This document shows, piece by piece, positions 12,601 to 25,639 of a DNA stretch of 64,000 nt. Source of the DNA: Octopus bimaculoides (lineage: Eukaryota). Below the pieces are notes generated by a model that was given only the letters and a program-made list of their open reading frames with translations, did not search any database and had not been told where the DNA came from. Numbering within the stretch: the first letter of the stretch is position 1; every line of letters begins with the position of its first letter. The stretch is taken from assembly GCF_001194135.2 (NCBI RefSeq), contig NC_069003.1, positions 774,771 to 838,770 on the forward strand, read 5' to 3'. The translations under genes and the position numbers were made by a program.

Positions 12601-13564
12601 AGTTCATCTTATCGCATATCGTTGCGTTTCCTCCTCCTCCTTGTCATGCGCCATGTTATCCTCAAATTACGACTCACCTCGTTTTGTAATCTTTGTACAA
12701 TCTCTCTTTCATCCGACGCCCCTCTGGCAAATTAAAAAAAAATCGTCGTCTTCATCATCACCATCACCATCATAAGCAGCAGCAGTAGCAGCGTCATTCT
12801 CATCGTCACTTACCCCCCTCTCCCTCCATCACCTCCTTCTCATAATCATTTTTAGTACTTTTCACTATATATGAAGAAGGATTCAGATAAACTACTACAT
12901 TTTCTTCTACTACTACTACTACTACTATTTCCGGTGTCAACTGTGAAAGTCTTCAAGTTGAAAGCTCCGTTGCTTTAAACCCGATCAATAACAATTTCCA
13001 CACCAACGCCCCACCCCACCCACCTCAGCCTCCAACTGCGATTTATTTCAAAAAAAAAAAAAAACAGAAAATAGAATCATGCATTTCTCTTGAATATGAA
13101 CCTAATATGTCCCCCCCCCCTCTTCTTCATCACCTCCCACCTCATTTCACTCCTCTTTGACACATCGTCTCATCTCACCGTCACCCCCACCCATCACCAC
13201 ACACTTTCAACCATCACTCAATACTGCAACCATGCTTCTGCTGCTGCTACTACTGCTACTACTACTGCTACACGGTTGCTTTCTTTCTTTCACCTTTGCA
13301 ATATTAAATTTATATTCTAATTTATCAATTTATAATTTTTTATATCGTTTCAAAATTATATTCTAATTATCATTCTTCTTCTTCCTTTTATTTTCTTATA
13401 ATTTTCTTCGTTATTTCTTTCTAATGATTCTCATCTTCTCTTTCTTCTCCTCCTCCCACATTTCCCATATCCTTGCCTCTGCCCCTCCCCCTCTATCTCA
13501 TCATCATCATCATTAATAGTAATTAAAAAAAATTATATATATATTTATGTATGTATTCTTTTGT

Positions 13565-13916
13565 TCTTTTGCGCGTTTCAGTCGTTTGACAGCGACCATA
13601 CTGGAACACTGCCTTTAGTCAACAAAATGGACCCCAAGACTAGTACTGATTCTATCGGTCTCTTTTGCCGAACCGTTAAGTTATGGGGACATAGACCCAC
13701 CAGCATCGGTTGTCAAGCGATGTTGGCGTGGAGGGGGAGAAGGGCCAAGCATACAAATACACATAAACACGCACACACACACGCATATATATATATATAC
13801 ATATATACGACGGGCTTTTTCAGTTTCCGTCTACCAAATCGGCTTACAAGTAGAAGATACTTGCCCAAGGTGCCACGCAGTGGGACTGAACCCGGAACCA
13901 TGTGGTTGCTAAGCAA
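13565..13916 (-). mobile_element. SINE family B (internal microsatellite), near full length
   Basis: Reverse complement reads gcttagcaaccacatggttccgggttcagtcccactgcgtggcaccttgggcaagt...gaaaaagcccgtcg(TA)n...cttgacaaccgatgctgg...aacggttcggcaaaagagaccgatag. B-box-like GGTTCAGTCCC. Confidence 0.9.
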
Positions 13917-14020
13917 CGTCGATAAATTAAGTACCAGTTGGGAACTGGGGCTGATCTAAACGACTTAATCCCTTCCCCAAAATTTCTGGCTTTGTGCTTA
14001 TAGTAGAAAGGATTATCATT
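13917..14020 (+). mobile_element. SINE family A, 3' half, tail type 2
   Basis: gtcgataaattaagtaccag...actggggctgatctaaacgacttaatcc...tagtagaaaggattat. Confidence 0.8.
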
Positions 14021-14024
14021 ATGA

Positions 14025-14256
14025 GGCTGGCGAGCTGCCAGAATCGTTAGCGCGCCGGACGAAATGCTTAGCGGTAATTTGCTTATCGTTACGTTCTGAG
14101 TTCAAATTCCGACGAGGTCGGCTTTGCCTTTTTATCTTTTCAGGGGTCGATAAAATAAGTACCAGTGAAACACCAGGGCCGATGTAATCGACTAGTCCTC
14201 TCCCCACAAATTTTAGACCTTGTGCCTCCAGTAGAAAGGATTATCATCATCATCAT
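14025..14256 (+). mobile_element. SINE family A, full length, tail type 2
   Basis: tRNA-like head (A-box-like TGCCAGAATCG, B-box GAGTTCAAATTCC), core and tail agtagaaaggattat(cat)n. Confidence 0.92.
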
Positions 14257-14334
14257 CGCTTTAGTTGTTGTCATTAAAATTTCAAATACGTAAATGTGCA
14301 CGCGAAAGACATTTTTACTGAGATTAAATTTACG

Positions 14335-14369
<35 letters not shown>

Positions 14370-14462
14370 TATTCATATACATATACTTACACATATACAT
14401 GGCTATGCATATATATGGCTGTGTACGTGAGAATTTTACATGCATACATTAAGTCGTTTAGA

Positions 14463-14501
<39 letters not shown>

Positions 14502-15150
14502 TATGCACGTGTGTATGATTATCTGAGTTACCTGTATTCGAGAAACCGTTTCTCTTTAGCCATTTTTAATTGTTGTATATTTTCGTGAAATTGCTTTCTA
14601 CGCGGTTGTTTGTATTGTACGATGGCTGCCTTAATTAGTTGTTAGAGATGTTCGCATTTATGATTGTAACAATAACTGCAGTAATGTAAACAAACACGTC
14701 CCCCCCTCAATTATCTCAAGCAGAAAAACAAATTAACAGCTAAAAACACAATACAAACATCTCTAAAAAAAAAAAAAAAAAAAATAAGCAGAGGGAATAA
14801 TTAAACAAAAACGGGAAAAAGGAAATATGAAGTTTACAGTTATATAAGTGAAGAAGTAAAATATTTTATAGGACAAAAACAAACAAGGCGGGGTGGGGCA
14901 ACGAACAATGCAAAGAATAACGAATCCAGGAGAAGCGCCACTTGCACCAGCCCTGCCACAGTTACACCCACCACCACCACCACTATCACCACCGCCGTCG
15001 CCACCCCAGGCATTACCGCAACCATCGCCGCCACCACAACAATATCAAAGTTTCATCGTTTACAAAACTTTCTCTTATTTACACTGTAGTACTTGTTACA
15101 CCGGAAGAGAATAGTGGAAAACGGTTGATCTGTTTTGCGGTCCAAAGTAA

Positions 15151-15181
<31 letters not shown>

Positions 15182-15730
15182 AAGAGAGATATAGAGAGAG
15201 AAAGCGGAAGAGAGAGGCTCTACGTGGGTTGACTATTTACTCGGGAAGCTTAAATCTATCTTTATTAAACATGTTTATTATCAACAAATCGGTAATTTAT
15301 CCACAAACATCGTCTCTCAGTATTTCGGTTAAATAATAGGAATACACAAAAACGTAGATTGAAATCAATGTACATACACCCACCCACGCACACATATATA
15401 TACATACGTTCATACATCCATACATATATAAATATATATATATATAAATACATATATACATACATACAGATAGACAGACATATGTTTGTGTCAGAATAGA
15501 GCAAGCAAAAATGCTGACAAACTGACAAGCTGAAATGCCAGAATGCCTCAAACATGTATCAGAACTGGCATAATGGTAACTCTGTTAACAGCCCATCAAC
15601 CAATAAATAAATGCAAACTATTCCAATGCATGTATGTATGTATGTTCGTACGTACGAATGTACGTATGTCTCTTCTATGTATGTCTCTGTCTATAAATAC
15701 ATACGTACATACATATATCTCCACACACAA

Positions 15731-16074
15731 ACACATGCATATAAGCATTCATGTTTTCCGTTCTATTTTTCCTGTTTGGTCCACCGAACATATATACAAG
15801 AACAAAACATATATACCATAGAATTTCAGTATCGAGTGAAAGGATCATCCGACCACTTGTTGTAAACAAGAACAATTACCAAGGTTAACATTCTGCCTGC
15901 TTCCATCTCTCGCTAACGTTTATGGTACCCTTTTCTGAATTCCTCGTATTTCGTAAGTTACTTAAAGAGCTTTGGTTTTTTGTTTTTTTTTGCTTTGCCG
16001 TGGTCTGATATATGTAAAGTGGCCTTATGATTTATGGCCGTAAGACGGTGAGCTGTTTTCGAGGTTTCTGTATC
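15731..16074 (+). repeat. 344-bp unique-sequence module, copy 1 of a direct duplication
   Basis: Aligns by eye with 19297-19638: 5 substitutions and one 2-bp indel. Confidence 0.95.
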
Positions 16075-16292
16075 TTCCCATAGACACACACACACACGTC
16101 CATTTGTATGCTCGTAAGTAAGTATGTGTGTGTATATATATGTACATACATGTGTATGTATATGTGTGTGTGTTTACGGACATATACATACATACATACG
16201 TATATGTGTGTGCGTGTGTAAGCACATACGCAAAAATGTATAAATAAACGTATCCCATATATAGATATGTAGATAGTAAGCCCGTATGTATG

Positions 16293-16353
<61 letters not shown>

Positions 16354-16602
16354 TCATACGCATGCTATGTAAAGAATATTCTCAAATCATTGCAACCTAA
16401 TTTATTCTTGAAATCTGTGTTAACGGAACCCGTGTCCTTACACATTTGAAAATGTCTGCATTCTTTTTCTCAAATATCAATTTTGTAGTTGTTTCTCTTT
16501 AACGACGACCTCATCCGCTGTAGATGCAAGAAGTACTTACCATAAGTATTATAGCTGTAGACTCACTCAATGGAATGAAGAAGCATATCTTCTACTCATT
16601 TT

Positions 16603-16723
16603 CAAACCCAGAATGGCCCCGGGTTCAGTCCCACTGCGTGGCACCTTGGCCAGGCGTCTTGTACTATTGCCTCGGGCCGACCACAGCCTTGTGAGTGCAG
16701 ACAGAAACCGAAAGAAGCCCGTC

Positions 16724-16803
<80 letters not shown>

Positions 16804-16992
16804 ATGTTTGTGTGTGTGTTTGTCCCCCCACTATCGCTTGACAACCGATATTGGTGTGTTTACGTCCCCGTGACTTAGCGGTTCGGAACAAGAGAACGAT
16901 AGAACAAGAACTAGGCTTAGAAAGAATAAGTTCTGGGGTGCTCCAGCATGGCCGCAGTCAAATGACTGAAACAAGTAAAAGAATAAAAGAAT
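16603..16992 (+). mobile_element. SINE family B, near full length
   Basis: gggttcagtcccactgcgtggcaccttggcc...gaagcccgtcg(TA)n...atcgcttgacaaccgat...ccagcatggccgcagtcaaatgactgaaacaagtaaaagaataaaag. Confidence 0.92.
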
Positions 16993-17587
16993 ATACACGT
17001 CATGCTGCCGAGTTCAGTTTTGCCTTTCATCCAATCAGTGTCGACCAAATAAGCACCAATTGAGACATTGGTAATCCTTATCTGTTTTCTGGGTTTATAA
17101 CATTCAAACGATTCTGTGTCGCCAGAATGAAAACTACCAATTGCTCGCTTCACCCGACCGAATTCAGATTTGTGAGTTTTTCTTCGTTTAATTTGGTCAA
17201 ATCATTATGAATGGATACGTACGTACCAGCATACATGCACTTCCATCTGCGTGCACACGTGAGCTAGTGCACAGAGATGCATGGGACGATACACATATAT
17301 ATACACTCATATACACATATAAATGATATAATATTTAGTTAAGAAAAATAAATTGATAGACAGATAGATAGGGGCAGATAGACACACAAAAGCAGATAAA
17401 TATACATACACACGTATACACATATAAATGGTACTATGTGTTTAGGTGTGTGCGTGCATATACATATGTATATATACACATATCTACATACACGCTCACA
17501 CACATGCACAATACATACGTGTATATATATACATACGTATGAAATATATGTAGCCAGGATCGTACCTACTCCATTTCTTAACTCTTG

Positions 17588-17618
<31 letters not shown>

Positions 17619-18029
17619 GTATGTATGTATGTATGTATAGAGCGAAAGAGAGAGGGAGAAAGGGAGAGAATAGGAAAGAGAGCGAGGGTACGTGAGAGAG
17701 ACTCACATATATCTACTTAAAGCGTACATATCAATCCCTATCTAACCTTATCAGTTCTTGAACAAAACACACACATGACCCTACATATATATACACGCAG
17801 TCACATAAATACACATATATTGACGTGCATTAATTTAAACACGCTCCGACATCAAAGTAAGAACGCGGTCCGTATTAGTGTAATGAAAGTTTGTTTGTAA
17901 CGATCTCTTACTAAATTTCTCATCCGTAAGATGTCGCCACGTGCTAGCCAAAATTCCTCTTCCGCTTCCTGACACTATTGAGACGTTTTACGTCAGCTTC
18001 CTCCATATTACTAATTCAATAATCCCAAG

Positions 18030-18086
18030 TTTCACCTCACGTATCGATCATATATCTCACCTCATATATCGATCCAATTCCTCACC
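18030..18086 (+). repeat. 25-bp minisatellite, cluster 1 (about 2.3 units)
   Basis: tttcacctcacgtatcgatcatata / tctcacctcatatatcgatccaatt / cctcacc. Confidence 0.8.
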
Positions 18087-18557
18087 CCATACTGCGTCTA
18101 GATATTCTCTTTTATTTCTTTGTCTATCTATCTATCCATATCTATCTGTCTCTCTATCTATCTGTCTCTCTATCTCTATCTCTCTATCTCTATCTCTCTA
18201 TCTATCTATCTAAATAACTAACTTTTCTCCTTTTTCCAATCTCTCTTTCCGTGTGTGAGTGTGTGCATGTGTGTATGTGTCTCTCAGTTATATCTATGTG
18301 TGTGTGTGTAATTATATATGCGTGTGCACGTGTTTTGCCGCTGTACTTCTCTCTCTGTATGTATATGTCTGTGTATGTAGTATATGTACATGTATGTGTG
18401 GATATGCGCGTTTCTATATATATGTATGTATATATGTATAGATATGTGTATATGCGCGTGCATCTATAAATATATATATACATACATGTACGTTTGTGCA
18501 CGCGCACACACACACACAGACACACAAACGCACGCACGCACACACAGAGCCATATCG

Positions 18558-18632
18558 TCTCACCTTCCATATTGATCATACATCTTTACTCATATATTGA
18601 TCAATCGTTTCACCTTACATATCGATCAAAGA
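18558..18632 (+). repeat. 25-bp minisatellite, cluster 2 (3 units, same consensus)
   Basis: tctcaccttccatattgatcataca / tctttactcatatattgatcaatcg / tttcaccttacatatcgatcaaaga. Confidence 0.8.
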
Positions 18633-18772
18633 CATATGATTCTAGGATTTTCATGTTATTTCCGCTGGAAGAATTTTTCTGTTTTTTCGTTGTTGTTGTT
18701 GCTGACGTATATTTTAAACTTTCGTTCATATTTTGTTTTCGTTCCAGTAATATATGACAAATACACGATGAA

Positions 18773-18774
<2 letters not shown>

Positions 18775-18838
<64 letters not shown>
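18775..18838. repeat. (GT)n microsatellite
   Basis: Pure GT run. Confidence 0.95.
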
Positions 18839-18842
<4 letters not shown>

Positions 18843-19152
18843 AGTGCATATACCTGTATATATAACTATGAAAGCATGGAAGCGTGTGTTACGTTGCGGT
18901 TTGGCGTCCTTCTATTTATAAGAATATGTTTATGTTCTTAAAAGTGTGTGTGTGATCAAATCTTCGTTTTTGCTACGGTTTCTCTGAGTGTGTGTGTGTG
19001 TGTGTATGTGAGTGTGTATTACGTGCACGAGTGTATATTGCGCTAATATGTGTATCTGTGTTCCTTCTGAGCATAAAGCACACACGTACACACATGCTGG
19101 CATACAGATCGTACCATATGTATGTCTATATGTCTGTGAACATGAACATGCA

Positions 19153-19213
<61 letters not shown>

Positions 19214-19296
19214 ATGTGTGTGAAGGAGTGAGAAAGAAAGCGAAAAGGAGATGCATAGGCAAGTAAAAGTTTGCTCTCTCAAACACACACACACAC

Positions 19297-19638
19297 ACAC
19301 ATGCATATAAGCATTCATGTTTTCCGTTCTATTTTTCCTGTTTGGTCCACCGAACATATATACAAGAACAAAACATATATACCATAGAATTTCAGTATCG
19401 AGTGAAAGGATCATCTGACCATTTGTTGTAAACAAGAACAATTACCAAGGTTAACATTCTGCCTGCTTCCATCTCTCGCTAACGTTTATGGTACCCTTTT
19501 CTGAATTCCTCGTATTTCGTAAGTTACTTAAAGAGCTTTGGTTTTTTGTTTTTTTTTGCTTTGCCGTGGTCTGATATGTAAAGTAGCGCTATGATTTATG
19601 GCCGTAAGACGGTGAGCTGTTTTCGAGGTTTCTGTATC
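19297..19638 (+). repeat. 342-bp module, copy 2 of the direct duplication
   Basis: Near-identical to 15731-16074. Confidence 0.95.
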
Positions 19639-20004
19639 CTCCCCCCCCCCACAATTTGCGCAAACACGTGCGCACTTTATATATAGTTATATATACAGGT
19701 ATATAAGTGTATGCACCCATGTATATATCAGCCCACACGTATAAATAGATAAGCATACACACACACACACACACACACAAACATATACATACATATTTAA
19801 ACGTAAGCACACACATATTATCAACACACACACACACACACACACGCACACACATATACATACACACATATATATATATACATGTATATATATGTATGCA
19901 TGCATATATATATTTAGGTCATTTTATATAAATATATAAACATACGCACACAAAAATATATATGTATCCATACTTAAATACATATAAGCATAAACATATA
20001 TATA

Positions 20005-20055
<51 letters not shown>

Positions 20056-20811
20056 GTTTTTGTATTTGTGTGTGTACGTGTGTGTGTATTTTTTGTGTGT
20101 GTGTGTGTTTATTTGTAAGCTATATCTGAGCATCTCAAGTTAGGAATGGTGGGTTTTTTTCTTTTCTTCCCTCGAAGTTATTGCAATCTGCTTGAAATGG
20201 AAATGCTTCTGATCACCGTAATAGAAATGAAAGATTTTTACAATAGTTAAACTGAAAAAAAAAAAAAAAGCCGTATGTGCGATAAAAATAAAATATTGAC
20301 AGATTTGAAAGCACGATCGCGCAAACATAATACATGTACATGAGTATGCATCGTGCACACATTTAAAAGTGCACATATGCAAATATCTGCATATTTGTGT
20401 CAAGATAACAATCTGTTTGGTAAATTATGAGTAAACTACGCAGAGAATAACGATGATGGAGATCATTAATGTGAAGGTATTATTTAAATGATTTTTGCAC
20501 ACCGTACTTTTTTATAACCTTCCAAATCTCTAGATATAAGTAGGCGTGCGCCACACTGAAACACGCAAAGCGCTGCCGCAGATATAGGCGCTTCGATGTG
20601 TGTACATATAAACAGGTAGACACACATGCGATGAATGATCGTAAATGAAAGGTAAAAAAGCACCAATGCATGCATTCTACACACACACACACACACCCAG
20701 GGCTACATACACACACACACACACATCCAGTGCCACATACATGTTAGTGTGTGTGTTTGTGTGTGTATGTGTGTGTGTGTGTGCATGTGTGTCTATTAGT
20801 CGGCAAATTGG

Positions 20812-20985
20812 AAGGCGTGTTAATGTTCGAGTAGAAAATCTCGTAGCATGCATTGTTTCTTCTCTACGCCCTGAGTTCAAATCACGCCTATGCCAACTTT
20901 GTCGCTCTTCATTTCTGGGTCGATAAGAAAAGTGATTATTCCAGGAGTGGATTGTCTGAAGTTTTAGAGCAAAAGATTAGGTGCC
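20812..20985 (+). mobile_element. SINE family A, old degenerate copy
   Basis: ctgagttcaaatcacgcctatgccaactttg...gggtcgataag core is recognisable. Confidence 0.6.
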
Positions 20986-21240
20986 TTGCGGTATTTCATA
21001 CAATCTTTTATTTTGTGACAGCAACGCCTTCAATAATGCAGGCACTCAACTGCATGTATGTGTATGTATATATATATATATATATACACATATATATATA
21101 CATATATATATACATATATGACGCTCGGGAAAATGAAACAATATTTTACGTTTCGACCCTACGCTCTTCAACAGAAAGGGATAAGAGAAAATAAACAGAG
21201 AGAAAATGAAAAAAAAAAAAGAACTTGTAGATTTCAATGC

Positions 21241-21280
<40 letters not shown>

Positions 21281-21659
21281 ACGGAACAAAAATGCAATAG
21301 AGGGCAATAAAACATCCAGACAGATAGATGTTACAACGTCGAACAGGAAAAACAACAAAGAACACAAAAAAAAAGGACGGGTCGTTCGTGGCCTTCTCTC
21401 ATTAGTCAAGTTTTTAGATTGTCCTTACATTTCGGGTAGTTACACTTGAGACTGTGAAGTGGTGAAAGTTAATGGAGAAATAAGGAACGCAGCACAGAAA
21501 GGTAAGCACAAGCGAAAACGTGAGCGATAGTTTGGGAAATGCAGGCGTTTGTTGTTACAGTGGCAGGGTTTATAGGCATGAATGATTTTAATGGTGATGA
21601 TGATGGAGGTTATGGTATTAGTCAGGAAATAATAATATTGATTTTAGTCGTTTCATGTC

Positions 21660-21978
21660 TTATAGACATAAGACATGAAACTTGGTGGCAGGAAAGTAGT
21701 CGATTAAATCGATCCAAGGCCTTGACTGGTATTAACGAAAGCAAACTTGAACACGGCTAAATTTGAATTTAAAATATAAAGACTGATGAAATACCGTTTC
21801 GCCTGGCTTGCAAACGACTCTGCCAGCTCTGTTGTTTCAATCATAATTGCAAGGTCCAAAGTTTTGAGAGGTGGGGCAACACATTTACATCGAAACCAGG
21901 ACCTGACTGGTACTTCGTCTAACAACCGCGAACTGATGAAAGGGAAAAGTCGATCTCACCAGAATTTGAAACAGCGTT
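21660..21978 (-). mobile_element. Two tandem degenerate SINE family A copies (about 21660-21830 and 21845-21978)
   Basis: gtcgattaaatcgatcc...gactggta...aaacgactctgccagctc, then tacatcgaaaccagg...actggtactt...gaaagggaaaagtcgatctc...aatttgaa. Confidence 0.7.
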
Positions 21979-23280
21979 TTTAATAATGACCCATAAAATT
22001 GTAATTCAAATCCTCATTCATTAAATTGATTCATGCTAATTGGCGGCGAATGAGTCTTTGGTATATTTTGTTTTTAGTTAATAAAATATTTACAGCGATG
22101 AGATGGAAATTGCAAGAGAAAGTACGAAAAAATCTAGGGAATGTGTAAAACGAGGTGAAAACAGCTGATTAACCAACATAAAAGCACAAGAAAAACAATG
22201 GAGTGGGATAAAGAATGGAAGTGAAAGAAAATAAAATGTGTTCTTATAACAGAGAAATCAGGAAAAATGAAAAAAAAAAGAAAGAAGGAAAGTAATTATT
22301 TCTTCCTAATTGTCAACAAGCGTGGAATTTCCACAGGTTGAGCGAGTTAATAATTATTGTTTTCTAGCTAGTTAGGTGTGAATTTATGAGGAGAATTTGT
22401 GATCCGTGTTTTGAGTGAAAATGCAGTATAAGGGAGCGTGGGTGTTGTATGAGGAGAGACGGTTGTATGAGAGTTGTTACGTTGATAAACATACGCTATA
22501 GGTTTGTGTGGGATTTCAAATGATATTAAAATATTAATTGCTGTTAAGTTGAAGGGAAATTACTGTGGTATTTGGGATGAACTAAGGAAAAATAAGTGAA
22601 GAGGCTGAAATATCGCTTTCAAGGAATAATATGAATATAAACCATCAGTGAAGCTTTCAGAAGGATAAGAATACTGGATAAATTATCCGCATACATTGAA
22701 AGGAAGGGATTATTCTCGCTATATATTTTTATAAAGGATTAGAAAACAAGGAAATTTATTGCTTTTTCCTTAAATGGGAAAAAGCTTATACTAGGAAATC
22801 AATTATAGCGATTATATCTGAGAAGAAGAAATAATTTGCTGAACATAATAACGGGATGGAAGAAAAACGAATATAATAACAGCTTTGAGATATATCAATT
22901 AATGTAGAAATTATCATTTAATTTTAGTTAAGTAATAGCAGAGAAAAAAGAGGTAACGTTTGATATTGCGAAATACATAAATGCACGATCGGAAATAAGG
23001 CTGCGGATCGTACAAAGACTCAGCTATTGCGTACAGGGACACGATAAAGTTATGTGTATGTTTATACATACATAGATACATAAATTCGTACACACGCGCA
23101 CGCAAACACACGCACACACACACACACATACATACAGCATTATGTAATAGAATTTGCAAATCTTTGGCAGGGCTCAAGAGTCATACAAGAGACTCACATT
23201 GCATCACCAATGACTCATTTCAATGACTCTTTCTAGCAATGGCTTTGCTCGTATACAAGAAAGCAGCTAAGATATTTCTA

Positions 23281-23415
23281 TTGAGAAATCTGCAGTTGCT
23301 GTACCCAGATTACAAGTTGAGGTTTATATCTGTAATTATTAGAGCCCTGGGATTTGTAACACACTTTCTGCGGAAAGAGCTGCTTACGCGTAATTTCAAT
23401 GTCACATTCATTTAA
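23281..23415 (+). mobile_element. RLE-type LINE (R4/Dong-like) C-terminal fragment
   Basis: Open frame LRNLQLLYPDYKLRFISVIIRALGFVTHFL, same motif family as the 4020-4700 remnant. Confidence 0.7.
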
Positions 23416-25639
23416 AGGATGCAAAATAAAATGGAAAAGAAATACAAAAACCTGCGAAACAAAACATCGTTCGTCGGAAACTCCAAGTTTCTCGGGAAAC
23501 TCCGAGGCCATCACCACCCCTACCCGCCTTCTTTTCCGGGGAAAAAGTGGTCTGCGGCGGGTCTGGAGGTCAGATACTTTGAATGCATCCCAAAAAAGCC
23601 TGTGGAATAGAATTATTTCCCACCGACGTACGAAGAGGTCCACTACGAAATATTAGAAGGTAGGTGTCAAATTACATTACAAGCAAAGGGGCTATGAGTT
23701 TATAACCCGAGTGAAACCCGANNNNNNNNNNATATATATATATATATACACATACATATCTCGAAAAGCGTAAGGGATGGAACATGTAAAACAGACGTTT
23801 CGTAGCAAAGCGATCCTTGTTACACAAGTTGTAACATTCACAGAACTAGTTTAGTTAATCTTCAGGTTCTGTTACCTACTTCTACGCTGTTCACAAATAA
23901 ACAGAAAAAAAAAGAATAATAATTATCTGAACATACATACATACATACATACATACATACATGCATACATACATACATACATACATACATTCATGTATAG
24001 TTACACAGATGTAGTCTGAATTGTACTTTTAATGTAATCTGAAGATAACTTTTACCTAAACGGGACAGATCAGGTTTTAGTTATCGAATTTAATCGATAT
24101 TTAATTTATTTATCTATATCGATAACGATCAGAAAGGTAGCATATAAGAAATAAAATATAATTGTCGAAAAATTGCGAATAAATTAATGGCAAATAACTA
24201 GATATCATTCAATGTTATAACAGATCTTTTATTCGTTCAAAGATTAAGAACAGGAGAAGTATTCTCCATGGCGAAATATAATAAAAGTTAGAACATGATT
24301 TGAGGAAGAAATATCAATTAATTTCTTTGATTAACCAAGTGTCGTAGACATTCTTCATTAGAGTTCCTAGAATCTATTTATGAAAGACAGCCATCGATGT
24401 AGAATTTAATTCACTAAAATCAATTAAACAGTTTGAAAGCAACTCATTAGGTGTGCGCATGTCGAAATATACATCTGGCACAAAAGTCATTTAAGAACTT
24501 TAAAACGTTAATGACCATGGTAGACTTGAACTGTTTTTATTGATCTGGTTATAGAAATTGTGTACAAAGTAATGCGATTTCTTGAAGTTATTTAAGCAAT
24601 TAACTTTGCCCAAATTCTCTTTCACTAATTTCTGTTGATCATTTGTCAGAACTTTCTAGATTATATTCTATAATAGTTTGGAACATTTTGAGTAGCGAGA
24701 CTCCTAAGATTCTGGTGGAATCGTTTTCAGAAGTAAAAGTGTGGTTCGGTTTACTCATTACCAAGATCTGGATCTGAAAGACAGAATTATAATTAAAATT
24801 TTCCAGAAATGAATTTTTAAATTCAGAAATAAAGTCCAAGACTTTACCGCCAAAAATTACATTAATTTTGCTGTCAATCGCAGAAATAATGAAGGGTTAA
24901 AGTGAAGAGAATTCTATAAAGAAATATCAAAGAGATTGGCCTTTATACGATTTAGATTCTTAAAACTGCAATAGTTAATAGATTTCACGTTACTGAAACA
25001 CTTTTTTAATTGAAAAAAAAAAAACGCAATTGGATGGAAAGGCAGACGATAATGCCACAGGATCGGTTGTATTAGTTTGAATGTGGTAGGCTTTGTAAAT
25101 GATCTTAGATTATAGATCAATTATTTGTTGTATGGATTAGGTGTAGAGTAACGAAAAACCGTTAATTGACAACTGGCGAAAACGTATGAGTAAAAATGAA
25201 GTATCGAAAGGAAAATTATGTTATTCAATTAATTTGGTTCTAGAGAATATATTTGCATGGTTCATATAAGTATTGTTTAGAAGTTATAAACAGTGAGTAG
25301 TCTTAAAGTTTAAGGAAGTTCAGTAAAGATGTAGAGTATGGAAAAGGAGCTTAATAAACGACTAAATAAGGCGATAATAAGTGAAAGAGACAATCGTCTT
25401 TGAGAAAAATCAAAAGAGAAAACACCGTAATTTTGTAAAAGAGTGGCAGGAACCGTAAAGGAAATTTTATATTGGAAATATGAGAGATTTAAAAGACGTT
25501 TTATGCACGCAGTTTGGGGTTGAAAAGTAAGGAAAATCAAAGGACAAAGACCTATAGTGGAAACGGGGACATGGGAGCCGAGTTGAATAGTTTAATGCGG
25601 ACCCTGGAAGGATAAAGAGATAGCAAAGAAAAGACACAG

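Noticed and set aside
14025-14110. tRNA gene
   Set aside because: A/B boxes are present but there is no cloverleaf; it is a SINE head.
14893-15114. Proline-rich ORF (PPPPPLSPPPSPP)
   Set aside because: Degenerate (ACC)n repeat; all frames are low-complexity.
16603-19638. CRISPR-like or regularly spaced repeat-spacer arrays (25-bp and 46-bp units considered)
   Set aside because: Units are contiguous and degenerate without unique spacers; no cas genes; eukaryotic context.
21375-21460. Hammerhead-like words on the minus strand (ccGAAA ... CTAATGA ... ggcc) in a TA-flanked repeat
   Set aside because: The core is mutated (CUAAUGA) and stems I and III do not pair properly; not supportable from this copy.
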